A stretch of 64,000 nucleotides of DNA from the human T2T-CHM13v2.0 reference genome, Homo sapiens (GCF_009914755.1 NC_060925.1), one strand, 5' to 3'. Shown: positions 13,327-25,669, numbered from the stretch's first letter. The notes: generated from the letters alone by a model not told the origin. Made by a program: numbers and translations.

Positions 13327-13457
13327 CCTTTTAAAATCTCTCCCCCTTTCCCAAGCTAATCTAGATCCTTTCAGAAGCAAAAGGCATTGAAGACGGGGTT
13401 TAGTCAAGACTGGGGGAACTTGGAGTACTGTCTCCTCCACAGTGACAGAGGTCTTTT

Positions 13458-13660
13458 GCAAGGATCAAAAGGACTCTTGAATTTAAGAAACATGGATGCA
13501 TTCAACACACCACCCTTTCTTGCTTGTTCTCAGCTCTCTCTCAGTACTAGTGAGATTAGACTGTTAATTCAAGTCTGTCCAGAAAAAAACTGTGGAACCA
13601 TTTTGAGGGGTCTGGGAGAAGAAAACTCGCAGCTTTATCTGAACTCCTTGAGAAGAGAAC
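13458..13660 (+). repeat. Arm A of ~200-bp diverged inverted repeat
   Basis: Reverse-complement match to 14251-14451, including a 19/19 block gctttatctgaactccttg. Confidence 0.85.
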
Positions 13661-13861
13661 AGTATGAGGAAAAGCACCTGCAAAGCCCCCTTTCTTTTTC
13701 CATAACTAGAAATGTGTCTAATCTCACTGCCAGGACCTGTTTATCAACAAGCTCCTACTCAGATTCCCTCACAACATGCCACTAGCCTGAGCTCAGAGCA
13801 AGCAATTTGGTTAAAAAGGCCATTGAGCTCTAAGGGTTTTCACTCCAAGTCAGACAGAAGG

Positions 13862-14115
13862 AGGCTTCAAGAGGTTCTAAAAAGAACTCTGGACTAAGAA
13901 TGGGGATACTGAGGCTTTAGGCTTCAAGAGGTTCTAGAAAAAACACTGTGCTGGCGATGGGGATACTGAGGCATTGGTCCAGGCAGTCCACATGCTAGCC
14001 GCACCACCTCGGGTGAAATCACTCTTCCCCTCTGCATGTATTTCCTTCTCTGTAAAGGTAAAGATTTGAGTAAGAGGATAATTAAAATCTCCTTCAGAGG
14101 CTAAAATTCTATAAA
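13862..14115 (+). mobile_element. MIR (MIR3/MIRc-like) with ~57-bp tandemly duplicated head
   Basis: aggcttcaagaggttcta...atggggatactgaggc occurs twice (13862, 13919), followed by MIR core and tail (ctctgtaaag...ccttcagaggctaaaattcta). Confidence 0.6.
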
Positions 14116-14250
14116 ATCACAGAGTTACGTGTGTGGGTAATGTGTCAGATACATAACATTGACATTCATCTGCTTGTTGCCTTGTCAGGACACTTGATGA
14201 GGATTCTTGCCAGTTTAAGAAACATGCATCCATTTACTTACTAAACCCCA

Positions 14251-14451
14251 TTCTTTCCCAAGGAGTTCAGATAAAGCCATTAGTTTTCTCTTCCTGAAGC
14301 CTTCAGAATGGTTCAGTGGTTTTTCTGGAAAGATTACAACAGACAGTGATGAAAATCCACTCGTGTTCTTATTACTCAGAGGACAAGCCAAAAAGAGCGG
14401 TATGTTTAATTTATGCATGTTTCTTAAATTCAAAAGTCCTTTCATCCTTGC
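14251..14451 (-). repeat. Arm B of ~200-bp diverged inverted repeat
   Basis: Minus strand reads gcaaggatgaaaggacttttgaatttaagaaacatg...gctttatctgaactccttg, matching arm A. Confidence 0.85.
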
Positions 14452-15226
14452 TAGTCTTTGCGTGTGCACTATAAACTCCTGAAGGCAGAGGCCACGTCTT
14501 CAGTCTATCCTCCTTCCTCTTCCCCCTCCATATAGACTCAATCCAGGGCTCTGTACTCTGCAGTTGTGCAGTAAATACAAATGACTCACTGACATCAATT
14601 ACAGGGGAAGAAAAGACTTAGTCTAGATGAAAAGTTCTAGAGTATTCAGGTTTAGTATAATATATCAATAATAATGGCTAATCTTTATTTAACACTAATT
14701 GATAAGCAAAATAAGGACAGAGATTTGTCATCTGCATTGTTAATTGCTGTATCCAAGAGGCTATAACAGAATAATGCTTGGGACATCTAAGGCATTTGCT
14801 AAATATTTGTTAAATAAATAAATGAATGAATATTTACCATGGGTATGTTTTACACATTGCCTTGAGAGGCATTACTATTATTTTCATCCATATTAGGGGG
14901 GAAAGAACTGAAACTAAGAATATAAAAGTAACCTGCCAATTCTCATACCTACCGTGGGCAGCAGTGGGATTCATACCAGCTTGTCTGGTCCCCAAATCTA
15001 CCTTATATATAAAGCTCAACACTATGAAAACAACTTATCATTTCCTTTGATAACATATCTGAGGTGAGAATATATACTTTTCTTTTGTGATGCATTAATA
15101 ATTGTTTTCCCTCAAAAGAAGAGGATAGGAAAAGATGTTTTCCCAGGTCCCTAACTCCACAGAGTGAAGAGGGGAAACCTTCCATTTCTCTGGAAAGGAA
15201 GGTTCAGGAGGAGTCAATTTACAAAT

Positions 15227-15245
15227 CTGGCACTAGGTGGCGAAA
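15227..15245 (+). promoter_or_regulatory. Candidate CTCF site
   Basis: GGCACTAGGTGGCGA is a close match to the CTCF core and retains its CpG. Motif match only. Confidence 0.45.
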
Positions 15246-17739
15246 AGCAGATTAGCGTATGTGTCACTAAGGACCTGTACTAGGATTAAGCACGGATTAA
15301 GTGCTTTGTGTGTGTTGGTGAAAGGATGAATAGGGAAACCCTGGAGGCATTCATAAGAAAAAGAACTTTGGCTTATAAGAAGAGGATTGGAAATTGCCAT
15401 GATGGAAGAACCCAGGCATGATTCATTTTCTTTCTATAATTCATGTGCTTGTTCTGTAGATATCTGTTGAACACCTATTTATGTCATTATTTTTCTCAGT
15501 GCTGGGGATACAGGAGTGAACAAGACAAACATCCCTGCCCATATTATGGAGCTTATGCACTCCTGGCACACCATGGATCCTAAGCAAACTCATATTTCTC
15601 CCTTAGTCCTGCTAACCAGGGTTCAGAGAACCTACTGAAGGCTTTGCAGAGATCTTCCCAAACCTGAAAATGAAAATCATAAGAGTTGAGTTATTTTTTC
15701 TTAATTATTTCCGATATATTAAACTTCCATAAACACATACACCCTTATTTCATCGCACCTCTTTCCCCATAACTCCCAAAAGTTATGTACATCCTGATTT
15801 TATTCTACATCTTTTTTCTAGTCTTCCCAAGGCTGGGGGAAATGGACCCTGTGAAGCACAAGAATGCATAAACTAAATCAGATATTGTAAGATTATTTTA
15901 TCAATGTTAACTGGCATGAGGAGAGTAATCCTGTACTCGCTGCCAATACTCTTCAAGAAACTGTAAACCTGGTACTGAAAGAGACCTTAGAGATGGTGGA
16001 TTTTAACTCTTCTATTTTACAAACGGGTCTACTGAAGCCTGGAGAGGGAACATGACTACCTTATGAAGGTCACAGAGACAGTTTGAGTAATAGGCCTGTA
16101 TCTCAGGTCTCATGTTACCTAATCCAGAATGACACAATTGCAAGGCTCCCAGTGGAGACACAAAGACAGGAAGAAACTTCAGGGGGAGAAAGCAATGTGG
16201 AAGTCCTCAAGCATGCTGGATATTAACTGTATGATTTGCCACAGCTTAAATTGATTCTTCCATTAAAATAGGCATTGAGTATGCCCATGACATCTGTTCC
16301 CAGGGCTCTCCACTTTTACCCAGCAGGACAATAAGACTTCAAATATGTCAGTAGGTATCCACTGTCCTCATCATCACATGCCTAGGCCGTTAGCACCACC
16401 TCCGGGAGTGTCTCAAAGCTTCCCACCTCTCTCTCCGTACTTGGACGAAGTTAATTTTCCAAGCCCACCAGTTAGCCATTCTCCTTCTTCACACCCATGA
16501 AGATACTATGTTGTCTCTCAAATCAAATACAGCCTTCAGAGTCTGACATCAAAGGGCTGGCTCAGAGTAAGCATCCATGGTCAAATACCTTCCTGTCAGG
16601 TACCAGACACAGGCTTCATGTCAGCAAGTTGCCTTTAATTTGCCCCCAAGCCCTATGAGTTCAGTGTGAGCTGTGAGTGCTCTTTGCCAAGTATATCCAG
16701 CTCTTCTCCTTCTGAACGAATACAAGATTGTACTTCCCTGAATCCCTTGAAGTAAAGCACGAATGATTAGAGAAGACCAAGCGCGTGGTTCACAAAGCAT
16801 CCTACCCCTTTGACAAGGATAGGCTTGAAACAGGAGAGGAAAAGTAACCTTTTAGAAGCCACAGAGATGTAGGGGATTGTTCCTGCAGTATATTCTATTC
16901 CAGCCTATCCTGACTAATTCAGCTGTTCTTATTAACCCCATTTTACAAAGCAGGACACTGAGGCTCACAAAGGTCTTATAAGTTGCTCCATTTATGCATC
17001 TGGCAATTAACAGAATGAAGTTTTAACTTTGAGCCCTGGCATGCCTGATTTCACAGCTTGTGATCTATGGACCACAAAGAGGTGTCTACCCATCTAGGCT
17101 GGGGCTCACAATTGGTCCCTCTGCCTTTAATCTCTTATGCTTCCAATATTGTATATTCAAATATTTATTGTTGTCTTTTCTAAGTACCACTTTGATCATG
17201 TTTTTCACAGAGAAACTTCCAAGGCTTTCTTTTGCCTATATAATTAAAGGAAGAAAGTAATAGGAAGCCTGATACAAGATCCTTCCTTTCAAAAACATCT
17301 GCTTGCTGCTCCCCTGACTGCCTGGACTCTGACATCACCTGTGAGGTTGTACCAATCAGGATGAGCTGAAAGAAGGGACGGGACAGTGCTGTAGATTTCC
17401 TTGCCTCTGGCTCCAGGGATCCTGTGGATGAAACAGATCTTTGGGAGTTATTTTATTTTCTATGCCGATACTCACTCTTCAGAATATATCAAGAGAAGCC
17501 ATCTCCACCTCATTGTAGGGTAGATCAACTCTGGAATTTTCTCAGACTCCTTCATTGCCCTAAGAATTGTTCTCTTTTCTATTTCTCATGAGACTAGAGA
17601 TGACCCAGCTCTCACATGCAAAGAAGTGCCAAAAAGACAGATCAAATATACTTGGAAAGATTCCACCATGCAACCATATGCCCTAGGTTAGGTTCTGATT
17701 TCCCAAGGCACCTGCCTGCTCCCTCGAACTATTTCTCGG

Positions 17740-17965
17740 CATTGATATTTACAGAAAAATAATAAACATAATCCACATTGGCGCACATATTGATCCCCAG
17801 ATTTCACTGACATTTACGGATAAATGATGGATTGCCTTTTTTGTGAGGCTAGCTGAGCTGGCCTACGTGGCCTGTACATAATTTACTTTTGATTAAAGGA
17901 GTGCTTCAACATCGAGATTCTGTTTGGGAGCATGAGGCAGGATCGATGCATTTATGACACAAACT
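17740..17965. promoter_or_regulatory. Candidate conserved enhancer with PBX-HOX and MEIS motifs
   Basis: Non-repetitive. TGACA at 17808, TGATGGATTG at 17825, TTTATGACA at 17951, and several retained CpGs. Confidence 0.4.
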
Positions 17966-18524
17966 TTCAAACAATGTACTCTGAGCGAGAAGTCTCTGCA
18001 CTCAATTCATCTCAGATTTAGTTGGTGGGAGGGAAGGGAGAAGAAAGAGGAAAGGCCTGGCATTTCTAAGAGTTTGTCATGGGGTAACGTTCAAGAGTCT
18101 GAAAATAAAGTGGCTTTGTTTTCTGTGGCTTTGGGTCTATGCCATCATCAGGGAAGAGTGATAGAAGGGATTTCAAGGGTCCAGGATCACTCCCAAAGAC
18201 CCCTAGAGAAATAGGAAGAAACAGTGACACCAGTTATTAGGAAGGACAGGCCTTCCAAGAAAACTGGGAATTTTCTTATCCAGTGTTTTGCCTGTTTTTG
18301 CCCATCCTGCAAAGGCAAAATTTCACTTGCAGACTATATCGGTTGATCTCAAATGCTGGAAGCTGAATGCTTTTAGATAGATGGGGTGTGCATGCTCTGT
18401 TTTGCCACATTCCACACTATCCCTTGTTACATCACAACTGGCCTGTTTTAGTAACCTTTGCTTCTGCCTTATCCCCAAGGTAATTCATGTTGCCACTCCT
18501 GCTCAAGTTACTCTGGTTTGGTGT

Positions 18525-18657
18525 TCTTTTTACTTTTCTCTTAAAGACAAGGCCTCCCTATGTTGCTCAGGGTGCTCTCGAATTCCTGGGCTCAAGTGAT
18601 CCTCCTCCTCAGCCCCCAGGATAGCTGGGACTGCAGGCATATGCTACTACGCTTGGC
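18525..18657 (-). mobile_element. Alu monomer (FLAM-like)
   Basis: tatgttgctcaggg...ctcgaattcctgggctcaagtgatcctcc...gctgggactgcaggc; flanked by ttggtg(t/a)t. Confidence 0.8.
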
Positions 18658-19129
18658 TTGGTGATTTTTTTTTTTTTTCTGAATGTGCTAGTCCAGAATG
18701 ATGTCTCCATTTTCTTCATGATTACATTTGGTTGGTTATAGAATGACAATTATTATAGCAAAATGTATGAAACCTATACCTGTGTCTCATTTAAGGCTCA
18801 CAACAGGCCTCTGAGGAAGGTAATGTCATTACCCTCATTTTCAGGATAAGAAAATGGAGGCTTTGAAAGGTAAAATGACTTATTCAAGGTAGCATAGCTG
18901 GCAAGCATGCTACCTTGTTCAAACCAGGTATGTCTCACTTCTAGGCCTTTAAATCAAATATCTGACTGATTAAACCACCTGAAGAAGCTACTGTCTCTTC
19001 CTTTGTTGGAGAATAATTTCCATGAAGATGGGAGACCCATTTTACATACCACTATAGCCCCAGGGCCCATACATTATAAACACACTCTTCATAATGTGTG
19101 CAGCTGTGGCTGAAGTTCAAGGGAGCCCT

Positions 19130-19330
19130 GGCCCAGCAGCTATACTTGTACAGGTTATGCCTTGCACCTGACTGAGGACCAACAGGAGGAAGGGGTTGGG
19201 GGAAGCTGAAATCCAGCCCCCACTCCGTGGACCAGACCGAGCCTCTTAGTTTGTGGCTACATCCACCTGGAAAAAATGGGCACCTTTTCCTAATTTGTAC
19301 AGAGGTGCTATTTGGGCAAATAGTGGCCTA
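19130..19330. mobile_element. MER91-like DNA transposon relic
   Basis: gctgaaatccagcc...ggcaccttttcctaatttgtacagaggtgc resembles MER91A. Confidence 0.55.
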
Positions 19331-19741
19331 GATAGAGCTTCAGGAGACCTCAGGGTAAACCCATTGCCAGTGACTGGAGGACACAAGGTCTCAACTTGGC
19401 ATTTCAGGATGGGTGATGGAGGGAGAAACAGAAGGATGCAGCAATAGGGAATAGTCAAAAAGGATGCTACTTAGGGCCCACAGTCAAAGGAGATAGTCTG
19501 TCCCGTTTGTATTCTTGGTTCCCCATATTTCCCAATTCTTTCCTTTTTGTTCCCCATGGTAGAAGCCTTACTCAAATCTCTTATTTCCTATTTAGCCCTC
19601 CCTTTCTACCTTCAACAAATATTTATCACACTTCTGCTATGCACAGGGCACTGTAGTAATATAGATCTGGTCCCTGACTTTGTGAAATTTGCAATCTTGT
19701 GGGTGGGGGGGTGTATGACCATTGATTAGTTTTTGTTTTTT

Positions 19742-20480
19742 TTGTTTTTGTTTTTGTTTTTTTAATTTATTTTTTTATTGATAATTCTTGGGTGTTTCTC
19801 ACAGAGGGGGATTTGGCAGGGTCATGGGACAATAGTGGAGGGAAGGTCAGCAGATAAACAAGTGAACAAAGGTCTCTGGTTTTCCTAGGCAGAGGACCCT
19901 GCGGCCTTCCGCAGTGTTTGTGTCCCTGATTACTTGAGATTAGGGAGTGGTGATGACTCTTAACGAGCATGCTGCCTTCAAGCATCTGTTTAACAAAGCA
20001 CATCTTGCACCGCCCTTAATCCATTTAACCCTGAGTGGACACAGCACATGTTTCAGAGAGCACAGGGTTGGGGGTAAGGTCACAGATCAACAAGATCCCA
20101 AGGCAGAAGAATTTTTCTTAGTGCAGAACAAAATGAAAAGTCTCCCATGTCTACTTCTTTCTACACAGACACGGCAACCATCCGATTTCTCAATCTTTTC
20201 CCCACCTTTCCCACCTTTCTATTCCACAAAGCCGCCATTGTCATCCTGGCCCGTTCTCAATGAGCTGTTGGGCACACCTCCCAGACGGGGTGGTGGCTGG
20301 GCAGAGGGGCTCCTCACTTCCCAGTAGGGGCGGCCGGGCAGAGGCGCCCCTCACCTCCCGGACGGGGCGGCTGGCCGGGCAGGGGGCTGACCCCCCCACC
20401 TCCCTCCCGGACGGGGCGGCTGGCCGGGCAGAGGGTCTCTTCACTTCCCAGTAGGGGCAGCCGGGCAGAGGCGCCCCTCA
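19742..20480 (-). mobile_element. 5'-truncated SVA (SVA_E/F-like): SINE-R plus partial VNTR, 15-bp TSD
   Basis: SINE-R (ttcttgggtgtttctc...gggcacacctcccagacgggg) and GC-rich VNTR units. TSD tagtttttgtttttt at 19727-19741 and 20481-20495. Confidence 0.97.
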
Positions 20481-20483
20481 TAG

Positions 20484-20780
<297 letters not shown>

Positions 20781-22007
20781 GACCATTGATTAGTTATAAT
20801 AGAAATGCTTTTCAGGATGATAGTAACCAATAATTACATTTATTGAGAGGCTACTATGCATCAGGAATTTTGGTGAGCACCGTTAATGCATTATCTTATT
20901 AACCTTTACAATATGCTATGAATTAGATATAATCTTCTTTCTTTAAAGTCTTTACTCCAGAAATTCTATCCTAAATGAGAAGATGAGAAGTAGTTAAAAC
21001 TTTTCCTCTCAGTCAGATGCTGCACTCACAATCACTTGGATTTTTATGTGTTCTTTGTATGTGGTTGAATTTTAATGCTAACATATCTACCTTAGTCTCT
21101 TCCATCTCCAAAGCTAAGGTTGAGAAACCTCAGCCTCCAGACCACCCACAGCTCTTTATGTCATGGCTCTGCACAGCTTTCCCAGGCTACCTTTGGTGTT
21201 ACGGCCATTGAATACCCTTCTCAATGCTGAACCCCAGCTCACAAGTCCTCAATGTGTAGAGCTCATCTAGGATTTATTCAATAGTAAACAAGCTCCAATC
21301 CCCGCTCTCTAAAACAGAGCCACCCTTCCTTGCCATTCTGTACTTAATGTTGCAGATATAGCAGTCATTAAAGCAGAATTTAGACTTCTATTAGCATAGT
21401 TTATGGCTTTCTTTTTTGCACCTTCCATATGGAAGTATCATTTCTTTGGGCTGAGCAAGAAAACGGTGACTGGCAGATGCTATATTCAAATAGAACATGT
21501 CAACATTACATGTAAACCATTGTTTTTTCCATGTAATGATCTCTTGGTCACTAGACTGCTCCATTGACCATCTTAATGGAAGAACTTGTGCAGGATCACG
21601 TTCCTATATGAGAATGTAGAAGACTCTAACTTGAATCAGGTCCAGCAGTAGGCGGGGAATGAGAGAACTTTTACTGATGTATCAGATCCTGTGCTAAGGA
21701 CTTTATATTTGCTATCTTCTTTATTCCTTACAAAACACTTGAGAGAGATTATTGTTGCTATTTTTTTTTTAATTTGAAAACTGAGTCCCAGTGAGGCAAG
21801 CAGTTTGTCCAAGATCACTGGGTTATTCCCTAAAAACCTATTGGAATAATAATAATGATAACAAGATCACTAGGTCAAATAGAAAATAAGCCAGATGTTA
21901 GAATCAGGCCTAAAAAGCTCTGAACTTCCCCCACTGGTGCACCCTTCATTCACCCACACACACCAGAAGAGGGTGGGGCTGGTGTCATAGGCCCAAGTGG
22001 CCACATT

Positions 22008-22180
22008 TGTAGTTCTCAAAATGTGGGGAAACAGCCCATCAGCATCACCTGGGAACTTGCTAGAAATGCAAATTCTTGAGTCCCTGCTCAGAACACCTGA
22101 AGCAGAAACTCCAGCAGGTGGGGATCAGAGATCCAGATTTATTAAGTCCTCTAGGCAGGCTTATGTTTGAAAACCATTGG
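22008..22180. mobile_element. MER5A
   Basis: gttctcaaaatgtgg...cagcatcacctgggaacttgctagaaatgcaaattc...gtttgaaaaccattgg. Confidence 0.85.
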
Positions 22181-23262
22181 CTTATTTCACTCTTTGAAGC
22201 TCAGTGAATCATCATTCTTTGCACAAAAAGAGAGAAGCAGAAAACTTCCTCTCTGAAAATTGGAACTAGGCGGGCAGACTCTAGCTTGTTTAGAGATTTG
22301 AACTGGAGTTCCTGAGATTTGTCCTGGCAGAGGAAGAATGTTGAAGTTGACCATGGTGTGAAGAATGGTGGCTCCCACCATCATGAGCAGAAAACTCAGA
22401 GAGGAGGAACTAGGGAAGATTAGATTCAATCATCAAGAGTTTTAGTGATTTTCTTAGCAAAAGAGGCATTGGACAGAGGAAAGCTGGTCAGAATCCTATG
22501 GGATTCTCAGAATCAGAAAAGCGGTTTTGCTTCCCTCCTGTCACCCAATTCTTTTCTTCCTTAATGTAAAATAAAGTTACCTTACAAATGCCAGCTTCAT
22601 CTTCCCAGTAAAGGGAGTTAAGGGAAAAGGCTTTGCCTACCTTTGGACTGGGTGTTGGTGATAAATGCAAGATCCCTGAGTGCCTGGCATAAAGACAGTT
22701 GCCTGAGCCAGAATGAGGAACCCCTAGAATCCTGCCTCTTTTCACATGGAGCTTCTCGCCACTAGTTTTTCCTCTCTTCATATTGTATCCCTGTGATGAA
22801 TGTGTGTGCGTGTGTGTGCACATGTATGTGCATTTTGCAGGGCGGTTGGGGAAATGCACAGGTTTGTGCTTTATTTTCATAATGGGCCCTGCTTCTTAGC
22901 AGCTAATCTGGGTCTGGAAAGTGAAAATCATTAATACAACAAGAATGAAAACCCAGACAATGCAACTTTAAGAAATTTGGGCGGTGGAGCTTAAACTCAC
23001 CTTTGTGGGCAGTATCACCTCAGATATTAACAATTTAAATATCTGATTAAAATCATGTCAAATATAGCCATAAATTCAGAAGTGTGTGTACACCCCCCCC
23101 TCCCCCAACAAACACACATGCAATAAGTCTCCCTCTTCCTTGAAGCCTTGAAGAGGTAAAGACTTCACAGAGAGGCTGGCAGCTTTAGGGGCTATCTAAT
23201 ATCCTATGGGGGGTCAGGCAGCCTGTCCTAGGAGTGTGCCCTGAGAACTTTTTACTGAATAA

Positions 23263-23386
23263 TTTTTTTTAAAGCAGGTTCTCCCTCTGTTGCCTAAGCT
23301 GGAGTGCAGTGGTGCAATCATAGCTCACTGCAGTCTCAAACTCCTGGGCTCAAGCGATCCTCCCACCTTGGTCTCTCAAAGTGCTG
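23263..23386 (-). mobile_element. AluJ-like fragment (right-arm end joined to left-arm sequence)
   Basis: gctggagtgcagtggtgcaatcatagctcactgcag...ctcaagcgatcctcccaccttggtctctcaaagtgctg. Confidence 0.75.
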
Positions 23387-23389
23387 AAT

Positions 23390-24150
23390 GAACTTTTAAA
23401 AGATCCAGGCAAGATCATATCCTTGCTTAGACGTTGTTAATGCTTCCACTATCTGCAGAGTAAAGTCCAAAATACTTTAACATGACATACACTGCACAGC
23501 CCTGCACAATCTGATTCTTCATTTTACCTCATGCAGCAACCACATAAGATCAATGTTCTCTCCATTCCCCAGAATTTTGTCTCTTTCATGCTTCCTGGGC
23601 TTTGTTCATGCTGTTCCCTAAGGCTGCATGTTCTGTCTGCCTGTCTTCTTCTGTCTACTGACATGCTGTTTGTTTATCAAGCCCATCTGAAATGCCACCT
23701 TTGTGGCATGGTTCCTTTCTTGATCTCTCTCAGGCAGAATGGATTGTCTTTACCATTCCATTCCCATTCGTGCTGTTTTATTTGACACCCAGCTTCACTT
23801 CTTACTAGCTTGTAGGTGGGCACATCATTAAACTTGTCTGATACTCAGGTTAGGTTCTTTGCACAATTCTTGTCTCATTCAAGTTATTATGCTGATGAAA
23901 TGAGATAATATGTCCAACGCACCTAACAGTGCATTTATGCTCTCCATCCTCCCCCTTTTTTATTCCTCTATAGTATTTTTTTACTATACTCTGCACACTC
24001 ATTTGCTTAACTCTTGGCCTGGCTATTATCCCTTCAAAATAGAGAGTTTCTGAATGGTAGAGGTCATCATATTTAGCATTATTTCCCCTAAATGCATTGT
24101 ACAGTGCCTGGCATTTAGACTGGTATTTTAAAGATACTTGTAAATTTGTA
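23390..24150 (+). mobile_element. L2 fragment interrupted by a MIR (~23780-23940)
   Basis: gagtaaagtccaaaatactttaacatg...ctgggctttgttcatgctgttccc...acagtgcctggcatttag. Confidence 0.55.
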
Positions 24151-25669
24151 TTTATATGAACTCTAAATCCACCTTAGCACCACTGGTGATGATTTTCTCT
24201 GCTCACTTGCTGATTTACTGAATTCCCCCAACGCAGTTTCCCCAGTGATGATGGGTTGAAGCTATGGAATCACCCTGTGGTTGATTATATTGTTCATACT
24301 GTCAACTTCCCCCCTAAGTGCATAATATACATCTCCATCTCTGCAAAGCCTTCCTGTTTTATTTACAGGGTTTTCCTGTGACTTGCTTTGGCTAGTGGAT
24401 CAGGGGAGAATATGAAATTTGCACTCTCAAACAGAAGTAGTAAATGCACTTGGGTGATTGGTCTCGAACCCTTTCATAGACGACAAGTATATCTCAGACT
24501 GTGGCCACTCCTCTAGCTTGGCTTCCGAATAAGAGCTCAGCCAGCTCATGTTACTCACAGTCTTCATAGAACATGAAAATGCAAGAAACACTGTTGGCAT
24601 AAGCCCCTTCGAAATTGAGATTGTTACTGAAGTAAAAGTTCACTAGCCCACAACCTTGAATTCTCATCTGCAGGGTCTGCTCTTGTCCAAGGGGTTGAGA
24701 CTTCCTAGGCCCTAGTTCCTGAATTCCCTTCTCTCTGAGATTTGCTTTTATAAAGCTCTGTACCTAAATGGCAGCATGTACTGTAACTAAATGTGACCAT
24801 AAAGAGGGAAAAGTTATAATGTTGTTTCAGAAAATTGTTGTTCTCATTACCTACCTTATTGCCATATGTTCTAATCTAAAGCACTGCGATATGGGAAATT
24901 ATGGTGACACAAAGATGAAGTGATGTTCTGGCTAACGATACCCCCCAAATATTTATTCTGGTTCCCTCCCCAGCCATGCCCACATGCACAATTGATGCCA
25001 GCTTCCTCAATTAGAAGTCCAGGGCATAAAGAAAATGAGGACGAGGCCGTTTGCATTTCTGAAGCTTGACAAGGGAAGATTAAAATCTTTTATGAGTTCT
25101 CCCCCATCATATGTGGAACGTGGCGCTCGCATATTTCATTTTCTCAGGAAAAAATAGTGTTTGCATTATTTGGAGAAAATCATTACGAATGCGACTAGTC
25201 AGCAGCCGTGGTGGGCCCTGTTACATTACCATTTCTGAGTTATGCTTTGTACTTGGCTTTCTCTACATACTCTTTCATTTTGTTAGAGTTTGTGCATCAG
25301 GAAAGGGATAAAACACGGCAGCTCAGGCACTGTGAGTGCACCGGACACACAACATGGAGAAGCACTTCTTGCAAACTGGAGAACACTGAGAAATGTGAAC
25401 GGGGGTCTCCTGGAGTGGGAAACCCAGCCATCAAAACCTACATTAAATTGCAGCCAAGTCTCCTCACCTTCTTTCCCTACAGATGCCTCTCACCCCTAAT
25501 CTGAGTGAACTCTCGGGAAAAGAAGGCAACCCAAGAGACTGGCTTTTCACATGGTTTGACCACATTATCTCAACTGCCTTTTGGTGACCTCTGTGTCATG
25601 TGTGCTGGGTAACAAAGAGGAGGGCCCATATTTAGAAGAGAAGGCATTGTGACATTTTTTGAAGAGCAA

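Noticed and set aside
13387-14469. Two similar peptides on opposite strands suggesting paralogous small genes
   Set aside because: Similarity is explained by the DNA inverted repeat; non-ATG starts, indels and no recognisable domain.
19947-20454. ORFs MVMTLNEHAAFKHLFNK... and GC-rich CpG-island-like stretch
   Set aside because: Entirely within SVA SINE-R/VNTR; not a host gene or promoter island.
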